Below, piece after piece: positions 50,545 through 59,967 of a stretch of 64,000 bases of DNA (within the stretch, counting starts at the first letter, position 1; each line of letters opens with the position of its first letter). A program made the position numbers and the translations under genes. A model generated the notes under the pieces. It saw only the letters and a program-made list of their open reading frames with translations, ran no database searches and had not been told where the DNA came from. The stretch comes from Thermoproteota archaeon (GTDB lineage Archaea > Thermoproteota > Thermoprotei_A > Sulfolobales > Ignisphaeraceae), in NCBI GenBank assembly GCA_030550585.1, contig JAUQPB010000003.1, positions 36,333 to 100,332 of the forward strand. Reading direction: 5' to 3'.

Positions 50545-51651
50545 CTATTCGTTGTGTTGCCATGCTATTTTTCCGTTGACTATCGTGTATTTTGCTATGT
50601 GTATAGAGTTCAGTATGGTGTTTGCCATGTCTTTTTGAACCTCGTGTTTGTTTATCTTGAATATTGCTATGTCTGCCTGTTTACCGATTTCTATGGTGCC
50701 TGCATCGATGTTTAGTGCTTGGGCTCCGCCTTTTGTGGAGTAGTGTAGCACATCCTCTGTATGTGGGTAGAGCCCCCATGTCTTTGCTGAGTAGACTGTT
50801 TGCAGTGCTATAATGTCGTACAGTATCGATGTTCCTATTCTTTTCCAGATGTCGTCTATCCCTATACTAATCCACTTTAACCTGAATAGCTGTGGGTGTA
50901 CAGAGCCTAGGATGCCGGCCATAGAGTCTGCATATGGCGCTATAGAGATGCTTGCCTCGCTTTGCACAAGCTCTTCTATCTCCCATGTCGTGGCCCATGA
51001 GAAGTGGGCTAGACATGTCCGCCTTGTTAGAAGCCCTGTTTTGGCTAGGTGCTTGACTATCCACTCACCTTTCTTCCTGTAGTACGCCAGCACATCCGAG
51101 ATTTTCTGCGGCATTATAACCTGTATGTTTATGTTGTTTCTAGAGGCAAAGTCGCTAACGAAGCTCAGAACATCGGTGTTTGTATCCCCAGTTAACTTGA
51201 TGTTTATTGCCGGTATGCACAACCCTCTCCTCAGGTTCTTGGCCATATCAAGCTTTTTCAGATCGTCTTCAGAGCTGATTAGAGGCCCTATGGAAATCCT
51301 CAAACCAATTTCATTTGCTTTATCACAAAGCAGATCAGCATATTGCTCATCGACTATGTGAACTGCTGTAAAGCCGTGTTTGAGTAGCGTGGCCAAAGCC
51401 TCTCTAACCACATCATCGACGCCGCCAACGATATTGTTTGACAATAGGTGGGTGTGGCTACTCACAAAACCTGGCATTGCTATAGAATCTCCACACTCTA
51501 GAATTTCATAGCCGTGAATATCCTTGCATTCGCCCACACAAGAAATGGTATCTCCATCGATGACTATACTGCTGTTCTCAACGATATGGAGAGGCTTAAA
51601 AGACTTCACAACATATCTACATCTCTTCACAACTATGCCCATATCCACCAA
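50545..51651 (-). CDS. Amidohydrolase-superfamily protein (MTA/SAH deaminase-like, degenerate)
   Basis: MPGFVSSHTHL, LAHF, GIDD, GTIEIGKQADIA, TIVNGK. Confidence 0.78.
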   Translation of the reverse strand: MVDMGIVVKRCRYVVKSFKPLHIVENSSIVIDGDTISCVGECKDIHGYEILECGDSIAMPGFVSSHTHLLSNNIVGGVDDVVREALATLLKHGFTAVHIVDEQYADLLCDKANEIGLRISIGPLISSEDDLKKLDMAKNLRRGLCIPAINIKLTGDTNTDVLSFVSDFASRNNINIQVIMPQKISDVLAYYRKKGEWIVKHLAKTGLLTRRTCLAHFSWATTWEIEELVQSEASISIAPYADSMAGILGSVHPQLFRLKWISIGIDDIWKRIGTSILYDIIALQTVYSAKTWGLYPHTEDVLHYSTKGGAQALNIDAGTIEIGKQADIAIFKINKHEVQKDMANTILNSIHIAKYTIVNGKIAWQHNE

Positions 51652-51712
51652 CTACAACAATTTATAAATCACATACAGCAATCTGTAGAAAAGGTAAAAA
51701 AGGTGCTGATAG

Positions 51713-52255
51713 GTGCTGAGAGCACAGTTCATATCAAAGAAAGAGATTAGAAATATTTTAGAGGAGCTTCAAAAAAGAGCTGAGATAGACCCCCAGTTCA
51801 TAGACTATCTAAAAGAGTTTGAAGACGATGTTAAAAAGGTTGTGGAAGAGAAGTTCGAGATTGTTGTTTTTGGAGCCACACCAGCTCTGTTCAAGACCCA
51901 GAAAACATCGTTCTACATGCCAACGCTTTATGCAATAAACGTAATGTACAATACGAAAAAAGTTGCTATAGTCCCTGCAGTTGTTGTTGACGAAGGTGCT
52001 GTGAACCACCTTAAAAATGGGGCCGACGTTATGATGCCAGGCATCAGAAAAGTTTTGAAGGGATTCACACAAAACTCTATCGTAGGCGTCTTAGAGCCTT
52101 CAGAAAAATATTTCTTGGTTGTTGGCTACGCATTGACAGACTCAACACAGATTGTGCCAGGGGCCAAGGGCAAGGCAATCAAGAATGTGAGCCACATAGA
52201 CGATGATATATGGAGAGCCTCTCTGCAAATAGCAAAGACCTTGTCTAGCAGATGA
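51713..52255 (+). CDS. PUA-domain RNA-binding protein (DUF1947-PUA)
   Basis: VVVDEGAVNHLKNGADVMMPGI, KGKAIKNVSHIDD. Confidence 0.85.
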   Translation: MLRAQFISKKEIRNILEELQKRAEIDPQFIDYLKEFEDDVKKVVEEKFEIVVFGATPALFKTQKTSFYMPTLYAINVMYNTKKVAIVPAVVVDEGAVNHLKNGADVMMPGIRKVLKGFTQNSIVGVLEPSEKYFLVVGYALTDSTQIVPGAKGKAIKNVSHIDDDIWRASLQIAKTLSSR

Positions 52256-52328
52256 CCAACATATTTGGCGTCTATCAGTCTCAGCTTCCCAGCGCCATGC
52301 TGTAGATCTCCTCCAATCTCTATGTAGC

Positions 52329-52862
52329 CTATCTAGCAACTCTAAACTCCTTTTCGAACTCGATGCTGTAGAAGCTTATCCCCGTCAGCTCACCCAATAT
52401 CTCAATACGTACAACATGCTCCGGCTTCCTGAACTCGATTTCAGCTATACCCAAAGCCTCGATTAACTGTCCCAAATACCTTGATAGTTTTGAGCAGGAG
52501 TCTATAGACCAACCCCTCTTTCTACATTTAAAAACAAGCTTGATGGGCTTGGAGACATTGGATAGCAGAAGAAGCTCTAGTACACATTTCGATATGTCCT
52601 CATATGAGGTTTTACATGTGGCATGTATGGGGATGACCCAATAGCATCTAATATTATTTCTAACCAAGGTTTTGACAATCTGAAGAGGGTCATAGTCTTT
52701 CTCAGCATAGACTAGAACAACTCCACCTCTTTCAATGGGTTCACACCTAACGCCAGCAAAGGAGAACGCCAATGCGTTTTCTATATCCTCACATGCTTCG
52801 TGCTCTACATCGATATCTGTTGTTGCAATAGCTTTTAGATCAGCACTCTTGACACCAATCAC
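52329..52862 (-). CDS. THUMP-domain RNA-binding protein
   Basis: C-terminal KCRKRG...LG...PEHVVRIEILGELTGIS pattern. Confidence 0.75.
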   Translation of the reverse strand: MIGVKSADLKAIATTDIDVEHEACEDIENALAFSFAGVRCEPIERGGVVLVYAEKDYDPLQIVKTLVRNNIRCYWVIPIHATCKTSYEDISKCVLELLLLSNVSKPIKLVFKCRKRGWSIDSCSKLSRYLGQLIEALGIAEIEFRKPEHVVRIEILGELTGISFYSIEFEKEFRVAR

Positions 52863-52894
52863 AGGATGTCATCACGCTCGTGTATCATCATCAT
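52840..52894 (-). ncRNA. C/D-box sRNA overlapping the THUMP gene start
   Basis: ATGATGA-tacacgagcgtg-ATGA-catcct-GTGATTG-gtgtcaagagtg-CTGA; both guides are 12 nt. Confidence 0.65.
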
Positions 52895-52976
52895 AGAATC
52901 TGTGTTGATTAGCCACTATAAAAGTTAATAACCTAAACACTAATAAAAATAGTGTAGTTGAAGCCGGGCTTTGTGC

Positions 52977-53061
52977 GCGGGGGTGCCCGAGCTAGGTCAA
53001 AGGGGGCGGGCTTAAGACCCGCTGGCGTAGGCCTGCGTGGGTTCGAATCCCACCCCCCGCA
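52977..53061 (+). tRNA. tRNA-Leu(TAA)
   Basis: GCGGGGG acceptor, GCGGG-CTTAAGA-CCCGC anticodon arm, long variable arm, GTTCGAATC; no encoded CCA. Confidence 0.96.
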
Positions 53062-53092
53062 CTAAACCCTCTCCAATTTTTGGTGGTGTTAA

Positions 53093-54046
53093 ATGTCGTT
53101 GCATGAGATTTCAGCTAAGCTAAGAGATGGCTATAGGGTTGTTAGAACCGTCTTGATATTGTCACTTGTTGGTATGGTAGCAGAGTTTCTATTTGCTTAC
53201 CTCACTGGCTCTATGATACTCTACACAGATTTTGTTCACTGGGCTATAGACGCGTCGCTCGAGTTCATGACTATGATCGCTCTATACCTTGTTAGCAAAA
53301 CTTTGAAGAGGTTTTCGTGGGGTATTCTATATCTAGAGTCCTTCCTTATCCTATTAACATCTATATCCATAATATCTGTGTATATCATAAGCTTCGTGGA
53401 ATATGTCAACAACATTGTTTTGAATGGTGGCAATACAAAAGTTACGACAGTAAACCCATTTCTATCTCTTGTCACTTTGGCAGGAGGATTCCTAACTTTC
53501 TATGCCTTTCTAATCCTCAGAAAAGAGTATGCAAAGACAAGATTAGAGATCCTCAAGTCTGAGTATATCCATGCCCTAATAGATATCGCAGCATCTGCCA
53601 TAGCATCTATAGGCGTTGTCGTTACAGCATTGACTAGAAGCCCGTCGGTAGAGCTACTAACAATTGTCGCAGGTCTTTTCTTCGCTTTGCACAGCATAGC
53701 CAATGTAATTGAAGACTCTGTAAAGTCTATTATTGGTGTGGAAGGGGATAAGGAGCTTAAATATGATATCATGTCTGAGATATCCGGTTTAGAGAATGTG
53801 AGAATAAAGAACGTCGATGTTAGAAAAATAGGCTCGTTCTACATAGTTACAGTAGATCTTTATGTGGATCCCAGTGCAACGCTGTTAGAGCTCAATAAGC
53901 TCAGAACAAGGATAATAAAGCTTTGCAGAGGTATTAGCGAAATGATATACCATGTCGATGTGGTGTTCCGCCCAGATCCAGAAAAGTACAAAAGCATCAA
54001 AAAAGCTAAATCTAGAAAAGGTAGAAAGAGGGAGCAGATAAGCTAG
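53093..54046 (+). CDS. Cation diffusion facilitator (CDF) metal transporter
   Basis: DFVHWAIDA and HALID metal-site motifs, six TMs, C-terminal VRKIG dimerisation domain. Confidence 0.85.
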   Translation: MSLHEISAKLRDGYRVVRTVLILSLVGMVAEFLFAYLTGSMILYTDFVHWAIDASLEFMTMIALYLVSKTLKRFSWGILYLESFLILLTSISIISVYIISFVEYVNNIVLNGGNTKVTTVNPFLSLVTLAGGFLTFYAFLILRKEYAKTRLEILKSEYIHALIDIAASAIASIGVVVTALTRSPSVELLTIVAGLFFALHSIANVIEDSVKSIIGVEGDKELKYDIMSEISGLENVRIKNVDVRKIGSFYIVTVDLYVDPSATLLELNKLRTRIIKLCRGISEMIYHVDVVFRPDPEKYKSIKKAKSRKGRKREQIS

Positions 54047-54061
54047 TGAAAGTGTAATACT

Positions 54062-54487
54062 ATGGAGCATACAGAGACTAGTGGTAGTAGAAAAACAAAG
54101 TTCGGTGTATATGTACCACCGGAGCTGGTACAAGAGCTAGAGGAATTGATGAGCGCTCTCAGCATAGATAACAGGTCTAAGCTTCTCCAAGAAGCTCTAA
54201 GACTCTTTATCATAGAGAATAGGTGGAACATAGCCAAAGAGGTTGTTGGATCAATCAACGTCTTGTACAATCATGAGATAGGGGATAGCGACAAGGAACT
54301 TACCGAAATCCAGCATAGATTCCTAGACATAATAGTCTCGGCAATGCATGTCCACCTAGACAAGGAGAGGTGCCTGCTCATAATAGCTATAAGAGGCTCT
54401 AGCGAAAGGGTGAAAGAGTTGCTGGGCAGCATACACAGTGTAAAAGGTGTTCTACTAGTTAGACCAGTGCTCATGTCAATGCAATAA
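54062..54487 (+). CDS. nikR: NikR-family metal-responsive regulator
   Basis: RHH N-terminus NRSKLLQEALR; EIQH and MHVHLDKERC Ni ligands. Confidence 0.85.
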   Translation: MEHTETSGSRKTKFGVYVPPELVQELEELMSALSIDNRSKLLQEALRLFIIENRWNIAKEVVGSINVLYNHEIGDSDKELTEIQHRFLDIIVSAMHVHLDKERCLLIIAIRGSSERVKELLGSIHSVKGVLLVRPVLMSMQ

Positions 54488-55427
54488 CATCTCTATATGC
54501 AAATGTTGATCCATCGCATGCAAATCCGGGGGTGTGAAGCGTGTTAAAGCCTTCTCTACATGTTGCAAAAACAAGTCCACTGTCGTAGGAGACCTCCCTT
54601 ACAATTTTCATATATGAGAACCTAAGCCTTTCATCTAGATATCTATAGCCTTGCACAACAGTTGAAGAAGCCTCGAAATACATGTGTCTAAACTCATCTG
54701 CAGCCCTATCGCCATGTAGCATTCTAACAGCATTCAAAACTTTCTTAAAGTCTATTGGCTTGGCCTTGTATGTAGAGGAGGTTATCTGAACAGCCCCCGC
54801 AGATGCAACAGCATCAACAACATGTTTTATATTCTCATAAGAGTCGTTTACAAACGGTATTATAGGATCTAGTCTAACAGCTACGCTAATGCCATTGGCA
54901 GCTAGAATCCTTATAGCCTCTAACCTTTCGGAGGGTGCCGGAGCCCCGGGCTCTATAATCCTCGCTATTCTATCATCTAACGTTGTTATCGTCATAGCCA
55001 CAGCAACTCTATCCCTATAGCGTTGCAGAATATCGATGTCGCGAACAATAAGACTGCTCTTAGTTGTTATCAGAATCCTCATACCGGCCTCCAAAAGCTT
55101 TTGCAAAGCCCTGCGAGTAAGCCCCAACTCCCTTTCAGGCCAGGTATATGGATCGCTACTGCTTGACAGCTCCACTAGAGCATCTTTTGGCATTCTGCTC
55201 AAATCCTTTTCTAGGAGAGTTAAAAGATCTTTCTTGGGTCTTGGACTAAAATGCCTAGGTATGTAGTTTGCTGCATAGCAGTATAAACAAGCATGGGAAC
55301 ACCCCGTATACGGGTGAAGAACATACTTCAGTGGGCATGTGCACAGTGGCGATATCCAGGGGTCAAAAGGCTTTAACACCTTAAGCGTTGACTGTCTTGG
55401 AAAAATCCTCGGCACATCTAGAGCCAA
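54471..55427 (-). CDS. Radical SAM protein, spore-photoproduct-lyase-like family
   Basis: PFDPW, PYTGCSHACLYCY, SSSSDPY, ITTKS, IEPGAP. Confidence 0.85.
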   Translation of the reverse strand: MALDVPRIFPRQSTLKVLKPFDPWISPLCTCPLKYVLHPYTGCSHACLYCYAANYIPRHFSPRPKKDLLTLLEKDLSRMPKDALVELSSSSDPYTWPERELGLTRRALQKLLEAGMRILITTKSSLIVRDIDILQRYRDRVAVAMTITTLDDRIARIIEPGAPAPSERLEAIRILAANGISVAVRLDPIIPFVNDSYENIKHVVDAVASAGAVQITSSTYKAKPIDFKKVLNAVRMLHGDRAADEFRHMYFEASSTVVQGYRYLDERLRFSYMKIVREVSYDSGLVFATCREGFNTLHTPGFACDGSTFAYRDVIALT

Positions 55428-55526
55428 GGTCTAGCCCACCTAGTCTCTGCAATCTATGGCCTCTCTTCATCTAGTCTATGAATACTTTTATACCTTACCC
55501 ATTATACAGCTACTATGTGATTAATC

Positions 55527-55937
55527 ATGAAGAAAAAGACGCTACTGTTATTAACACTAGCATTTATAGTGGTTCTCACAGCAATAGCCCAGGGCAAAAT
55601 ACATGCAGAGCCAATAGAACAGGTAACAACAACCACTACTACACAAGCTATAACAAACACAACAACCACAAGAAACACAAATGTGACAACAATAACAATT
55701 ACAGAAACAAGTCCGACAACAATATTTGCAACAACCACAATCCCTGTATTCTTTTCCTATACTACCACACGCCTTGCAACAGTGGTCATGGGGCTAGAAC
55801 CACATCTAGCAATATTATTGACAATGATATTCATAATCATAGCGCTTCTAGTTGGCTATGCAATAGGTCTGAAGACACGTAGAGAAACTGCACCACCTCC
55901 AGTACAGCCCAAGCCTGCTAAGAAGGCAAGAATATAA
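55527..55937 (+). CDS. Small Thr-rich membrane-anchored surface protein
   Basis: Signal peptide, Thr-rich stalk, TM, basic/Pro tail. Confidence 0.75.
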   Translation: MKKKTLLLLTLAFIVVLTAIAQGKIHAEPIEQVTTTTTTQAITNTTTTRNTNVTTITITETSPTTIFATTTIPVFFSYTTTRLATVVMGLEPHLAILLTMIFIIIALLVGYAIGLKTRRETAPPPVQPKPAKKARI

Positions 55938-56063
55938 AGTTTTTGCGACCATCTTACACCGTCTGTATATAGATTGTGGTGTAGAAAGGGTGTTTCTAGG
56001 CTTGACAGAAATGTGAACCAAGAAACATTACACATATTTTGTATTATAAACCCAAAAACGCTG

Positions 56064-56687
56064 TTAGACCTGCCCGCGGTTGCGGAGATATTGTAGTAGC
56101 TCTTGTGGTGTTGGCTCTCTACCATATTCATTCTTAAAGTCTTGTATGGCAGATTCTATGTGCTGCCATGCCCTCTTTCCAGCAAGGCAAAAGTCTGGTA
56201 TGAATGGTTTTGGTGGGTTTGGCGGAGACCAAGATGCTATGATGTCTTTCTGAATGTCTTCTACAGCAAATGGATAGGATAAACATGAATATGGTTTGCT
56301 CCTGTGTATAGTGCATTTCCAGCCATTCTGAAAAGGGCAAGGCCTTGGAATATAATGTTTGTTATTTGATTTCACCAACTTGCTTATGTCTACACCACTT
56401 TCAATTAATTCGCTTATATCAAAGTCCATTAGTTCTATTGCCGACCCCATTTTACAGCACATACCGCCACATTTTCTGCATTCCTCCCCCAAATCTAGAA
56501 GCACATTCATAGCAATTTGATAAACTATTAGATATGCTATTGCAGTAGCCTCCTTTATCTCCAAGCCAGATAGAAACTCTATTACAATCTCAGCTGCCTT
56601 CATATCACCCTTCAAGGCCTTTTTTGTAATGAAATGTATTTGATTTGCGTCAAAGCCTATCTGCATTGTCATCACGAATGTAGGCAC
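56064..56687 (-). CDS. YkgJ-family cysteine-cluster (CxxCxxCC) protein
   Basis: CRKCGGMCC, PCPF, CTIHRSKPYSCLSYPF. Confidence 0.82.
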   Translation of the reverse strand: MPTFVMTMQIGFDANQIHFITKKALKGDMKAAEIVIEFLSGLEIKEATAIAYLIVYQIAMNVLLDLGEECRKCGGMCCKMGSAIELMDFDISELIESGVDISKLVKSNNKHYIPRPCPFQNGWKCTIHRSKPYSCLSYPFAVEDIQKDIIASWSPPNPPKPFIPDFCLAGKRAWQHIESAIQDFKNEYGREPTPQELLQYLRNRGQV

Positions 56688-57241
56688 TCGTCTATAGCCT
56701 GCGCCACCTGCTTATCCATGTCTAAAAGGGTTGCTAGAACACTTGATGCCATAGCCGCTGAAAACGGGCCTATAAGCTCTTTGCTCCATCTAATCTTTGT
56801 TGAAAGAGAGAGAAACACTATAACAAGTTTTATGGCTATGGAGTTAACATTGCTAAGCAGATTTGACAGCCCAGCCAAGATCCTCTCGTCACCGCCAATA
56901 TATTCAAAGTGGTCTCTCAGCATATTCAACTTGTTCCTCAATTCAACAAGTCTATTGAGAATGTTTGTTGCTGTGTGGACCAGCGATTCTTTATTGCTAT
57001 CATCAACAGCTATTCTATGAACGTTTTTCGTGAATGAGTCTAGGGATGTGCGGATGTTTAACGCTATATTTCTTATTGTTTTCAGCTCTTGGGCCATCCG
57101 ATCATCTTCTGGTCTAGGCGATTTAATTGTGTAGACCATTCTCGTAATCGCATCAATGATTCTAGAAACATCGTCTAGTGTAACACAACATAAGCCCTGT
57201 TTTAAGCATAGAACATCAGATTGAGCATATGGGCTCTTCAT
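56672..57241 (-). CDS. Hypothetical helical protein
   Basis: Long ORF coupled to the YkgJ gene; start ATG 57241 assumed (57259 possible). Confidence 0.6.
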   Translation of the reverse strand: MKSPYAQSDVLCLKQGLCCVTLDDVSRIIDAITRMVYTIKSPRPEDDRMAQELKTIRNIALNIRTSLDSFTKNVHRIAVDDSNKESLVHTATNILNRLVELRNKLNMLRDHFEYIGGDERILAGLSNLLSNVNSIAIKLVIVFLSLSTKIRWSKELIGPFSAAMASSVLATLLDMDKQVAQAIDECLHS

Positions 57242-57278
57242 CCCATTCACACAAGTCATTGGCTGCCCACGTCATCAT
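57216..57278 (-). ncRNA. C/D-box sRNA, candidate guide for 23S A-loop 2'-O-methylation
   Basis: ATGATGA-cgtgggcagcca-ATGA...ATGAAGA-gcccatatgctcaat-CTGA. Confidence 0.65.
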
Positions 57279-57343
57279 CGAATAACAGTAGTGTTTCGAA
57301 ACTTTATTTGCTTTTAAGTCGATATGGTAGATGTGTGAGGTCT

Positions 57344-58909
57344 ATGCATATAATTACCGCTTTATTTATGTCTATTTTGATGTTAATGTCACCTATTTCT
57401 CTACACCTTAACACTAATGATGAGAGTGAAACAAGGTGCGTATACGTGTATTTTCTTGCAATTTCTGAGCAGACAAACAGTGGAGAGGCCATACCTGTAA
57501 AGATATGTTTAACGCCCTCAACACTGTTTAGCATATCCATAGCTGGTACAGAATACGATGACAGTTTGTTCAATTCATTTATTGTTGCAGGCTATGTGCT
57601 CAATAAACTCTGTGGGGCTAGTCTAGGCAGGGTTGAGGTGCATATGCAGAATGTTGCAAAAGCTAAAGGCTCTAGCGCTTCTCTTGCATTTGCAATAGCT
57701 ATCCACAGCATTCTTAAAAACTATGCAAACACATCTGTAGGTGCAACTGGGGTTGTATCAATAGACGGCTTTATAGATGCTGTGGCAGGCTTAGACAAGA
57801 AAATAGGTGCTGCAATTAGTGCTGGGGTAGAGAGAGTTTATGTACCTTTGATAAACGGTGTCAATGCCAATGATACTATAGTGCCAATCGCATCAATTCT
57901 TGATGTATGTAATATTAGTGCCAGCAACACCACACCTTATGTCAATGAGAAGCTTCTTAACATTGTGAACAGCTATTTCAAGAACGTTACAAGCTATTTC
58001 ATTAACGAATCTATTAGAATTGCTAACAACCTCGACGACACATCCGTATACAGATATGTGAAAACCATGGAAAACAATACGTTGAAAGCCATTGGTAAAG
58101 GTCATTGGTATACTGCTGCAAGTGTTGCATACTCAACTTTTATAACAGTATTAGAAAAGTATTTAGCTAGAGAAAAAGAAGAGACTCTAAATAGATTTAT
58201 CTCGCTTTGTGAAAACGGTTTGTATAACATCACCAAGATGTTAAATGAAGTGAAGAGTGTCAGAGCTGAAGCCATTCCATTTCTTATAATGACAATTGAT
58301 AGAGCTGCTCTAGCCAAGTACTATCTCGATACAGCTAATAAGAGCCCACACCCGAACCCGACTGCCATTGCAAATGCCTATGGGAGGGTGGTAACAGCGT
58401 TGCAGTGGCTAATCTTAGCAAAACTAGTTAACTCATCATCGTCTGGAAGGATCTATAGTTTTAGAAGCGTTGAGAATGCATTGACAAGGGTTCTAAATAT
58501 CGTTAGCAGTATTGTGGAATTCGATGGGAATTACACTATTCTGTCACTTGATGGTATAGCGAACATGAGGTCATTTCAATACACTAGACTTTCAAATGCA
58601 TCGAAACAGCATGTCAAAAACTCTTTAAATAATTTGCTTAAGGTATATATGGGTATCCTTGGCGAAAATCTTAGCATTGTGCCATACCTATATTACCAGT
58701 ATTCCACGGATATAGATGATATTAGCAGCGTGTATCTGTTGTCGATTGCTACGCTAACTGCAGGTGTTACAAGCATGGTTTTAGATGTGGCAAGCAACAC
58801 ATCTGGTACACTTTCAGGGAGCCTTCTCGACATAGTTCTCTATGAAAGCATATTCCTGTTTATTGTATTGGCTATAATCATTAGAGAGCTATTTAAGGTA
58901 ATCGAGTAG
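57344..58909 (+). CDS. Membrane-anchored S16 (Lon-C-like) serine protease
   Basis: Signal peptide, KGSSASLA (Ser), ATGVVSIDGFIDAVAGLDKKI (Lys), C-terminal TM. Start taken at ATG 57344. Confidence 0.78.
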   Translation: MHIITALFMSILMLMSPISLHLNTNDESETRCVYVYFLAISEQTNSGEAIPVKICLTPSTLFSISIAGTEYDDSLFNSFIVAGYVLNKLCGASLGRVEVHMQNVAKAKGSSASLAFAIAIHSILKNYANTSVGATGVVSIDGFIDAVAGLDKKIGAAISAGVERVYVPLINGVNANDTIVPIASILDVCNISASNTTPYVNEKLLNIVNSYFKNVTSYFINESIRIANNLDDTSVYRYVKTMENNTLKAIGKGHWYTAASVAYSTFITVLEKYLAREKEETLNRFISLCENGLYNITKMLNEVKSVRAEAIPFLIMTIDRAALAKYYLDTANKSPHPNPTAIANAYGRVVTALQWLILAKLVNSSSSGRIYSFRSVENALTRVLNIVSSIVEFDGNYTILSLDGIANMRSFQYTRLSNASKQHVKNSLNNLLKVYMGILGENLSIVPYLYYQYSTDIDDISSVYLLSIATLTAGVTSMVLDVASNTSGTLSGSLLDIVLYESIFLFIVLAIIIRELFKVIE

Positions 58910-59563
58910 GGTCTTCGACTTTGATTTCTCCTTTCTAATCTCCTCTGCACCACTAACAATCTCATCAATGACACTTTTTATGAGTTTCATATCATTTTCG
59001 AATATAGATCTCAATTGCGGGTTGTACAATGCTGCAGCAGGATGTATAGTGGGTATCGCATGTAGTTGCATACCCAGAATCTGTAGCGTGTACTTCTTAC
59101 CCCTCATCTTCATTACCCCACCCCATTCACGATTAGCCATAGAAAAAATTGTTTTTCCGGCCACATTACCCAATGTGACAATTATCCTTGGTTTCAATAG
59201 TAGTATCTGAGATTTTAGAAATATGTTACAAGCATTTATTTCCTCGTCTTTAGGCTCTCTATTCCCAGGGGGCCTGCATTTAACAACATTAGTTATGTAC
59301 ACATCTTCTCTTCTCATACCATAGCTCTCCATAACCATAGTCAAAAGCTTTCCCGCTGCTCCAACAAATGGTCTCCCCATCTCATCTTCTGTTGCGCCAG
59401 GAGCCTCACCAACAAACATTATGCTAGAATTCTTGTTTCCCTCTCCTGGAACTGGATTGCGTCTACTCTTGTACAGGGGACATCTGGTACATCTTCTAAT
59501 TTCATCCTCCAGCAATTCCCAAGTTGAATACAGTTGGTCACTATCCGTTGTTAGCACCCCCAA
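58889..59563 (-). CDS. udg: Family 4 uracil-DNA glycosylase
   Basis: CTRCPL, VGEAPG, GRPFVGAAG, NVVKCRPP, HPAA. Confidence 0.93.
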   Translation of the reverse strand: MGVLTTDSDQLYSTWELLEDEIRRCTRCPLYKSRRNPVPGEGNKNSSIMFVGEAPGATEDEMGRPFVGAAGKLLTMVMESYGMRREDVYITNVVKCRPPGNREPKDEEINACNIFLKSQILLLKPRIIVTLGNVAGKTIFSMANREWGGVMKMRGKKYTLQILGMQLHAIPTIHPAAALYNPQLRSIFENDMKLIKSVIDEIVSGAEEIRKEKSKSKTLLDYLK

Positions 59564-59678
59564 ACACTTAATTATGTATGCTTAGCAACAGCTTATTATC
59601 TCTCCCACCTCATATCTAATTAAAGCTAATAAAGCTTTACAATGATAGATCATGTATTCAGATAATGGTGATAATGGT

Positions 59679-59882
59679 ATGGGGCTGAAGCACAAAAAGT
59701 ATGTATATGTAGAGAGAAGCGATGGAGCCTATGTGAAGGTGAGGGTTTTAAAGAGTAGACAGGAAGATGAAACAAAATATATTGTTGTTGGCCCCAAGGT
59801 TAATAAACCGCCAAGCAATGCAACCATTATTAGTGAGAGCCAGCTACCAGACGCTGTAAAAACAAAACTGTATGAGGTTTAG
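59679..59882 (+). CDS. Small basic conserved crenarchaeal protein (DUF5622-like)
   Basis: MGLKHKKYVYVERSDGAYVKVRVLKSR; GGTGA upstream. Confidence 0.7.
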   Translation: MGLKHKKYVYVERSDGAYVKVRVLKSRQEDETKYIVVGPKVNKPPSNATIISESQLPDAVKTKLYEV

Positions 59883-59894
59883 ATAGTAAAGCTG

Positions 59895-59943
59895 ATGATG
59901 AGGTCGACGTTGTCGGAATAGTGACGAGGGGTCGATAAACTGA
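59895..59943 (+). ncRNA. C/D-box sRNA
   Basis: ATGATGA-ggtcgacgttgt-CGGA-ata-GTGACGA-ggggtcgataaa-CTGA; intergenic, with two 12-nt guides. Confidence 0.8.
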
Positions 59944-59967
59944 AGTTGTTTTGAGAACTTGTAATAG

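Noticed and set aside
49933-50638. Short ORFs of 60-83 aa around tRNA-Arg
   Set aside because: No recognisable motifs, they overlap each other or the tRNA, and they look like decayed or non-coding DNA.
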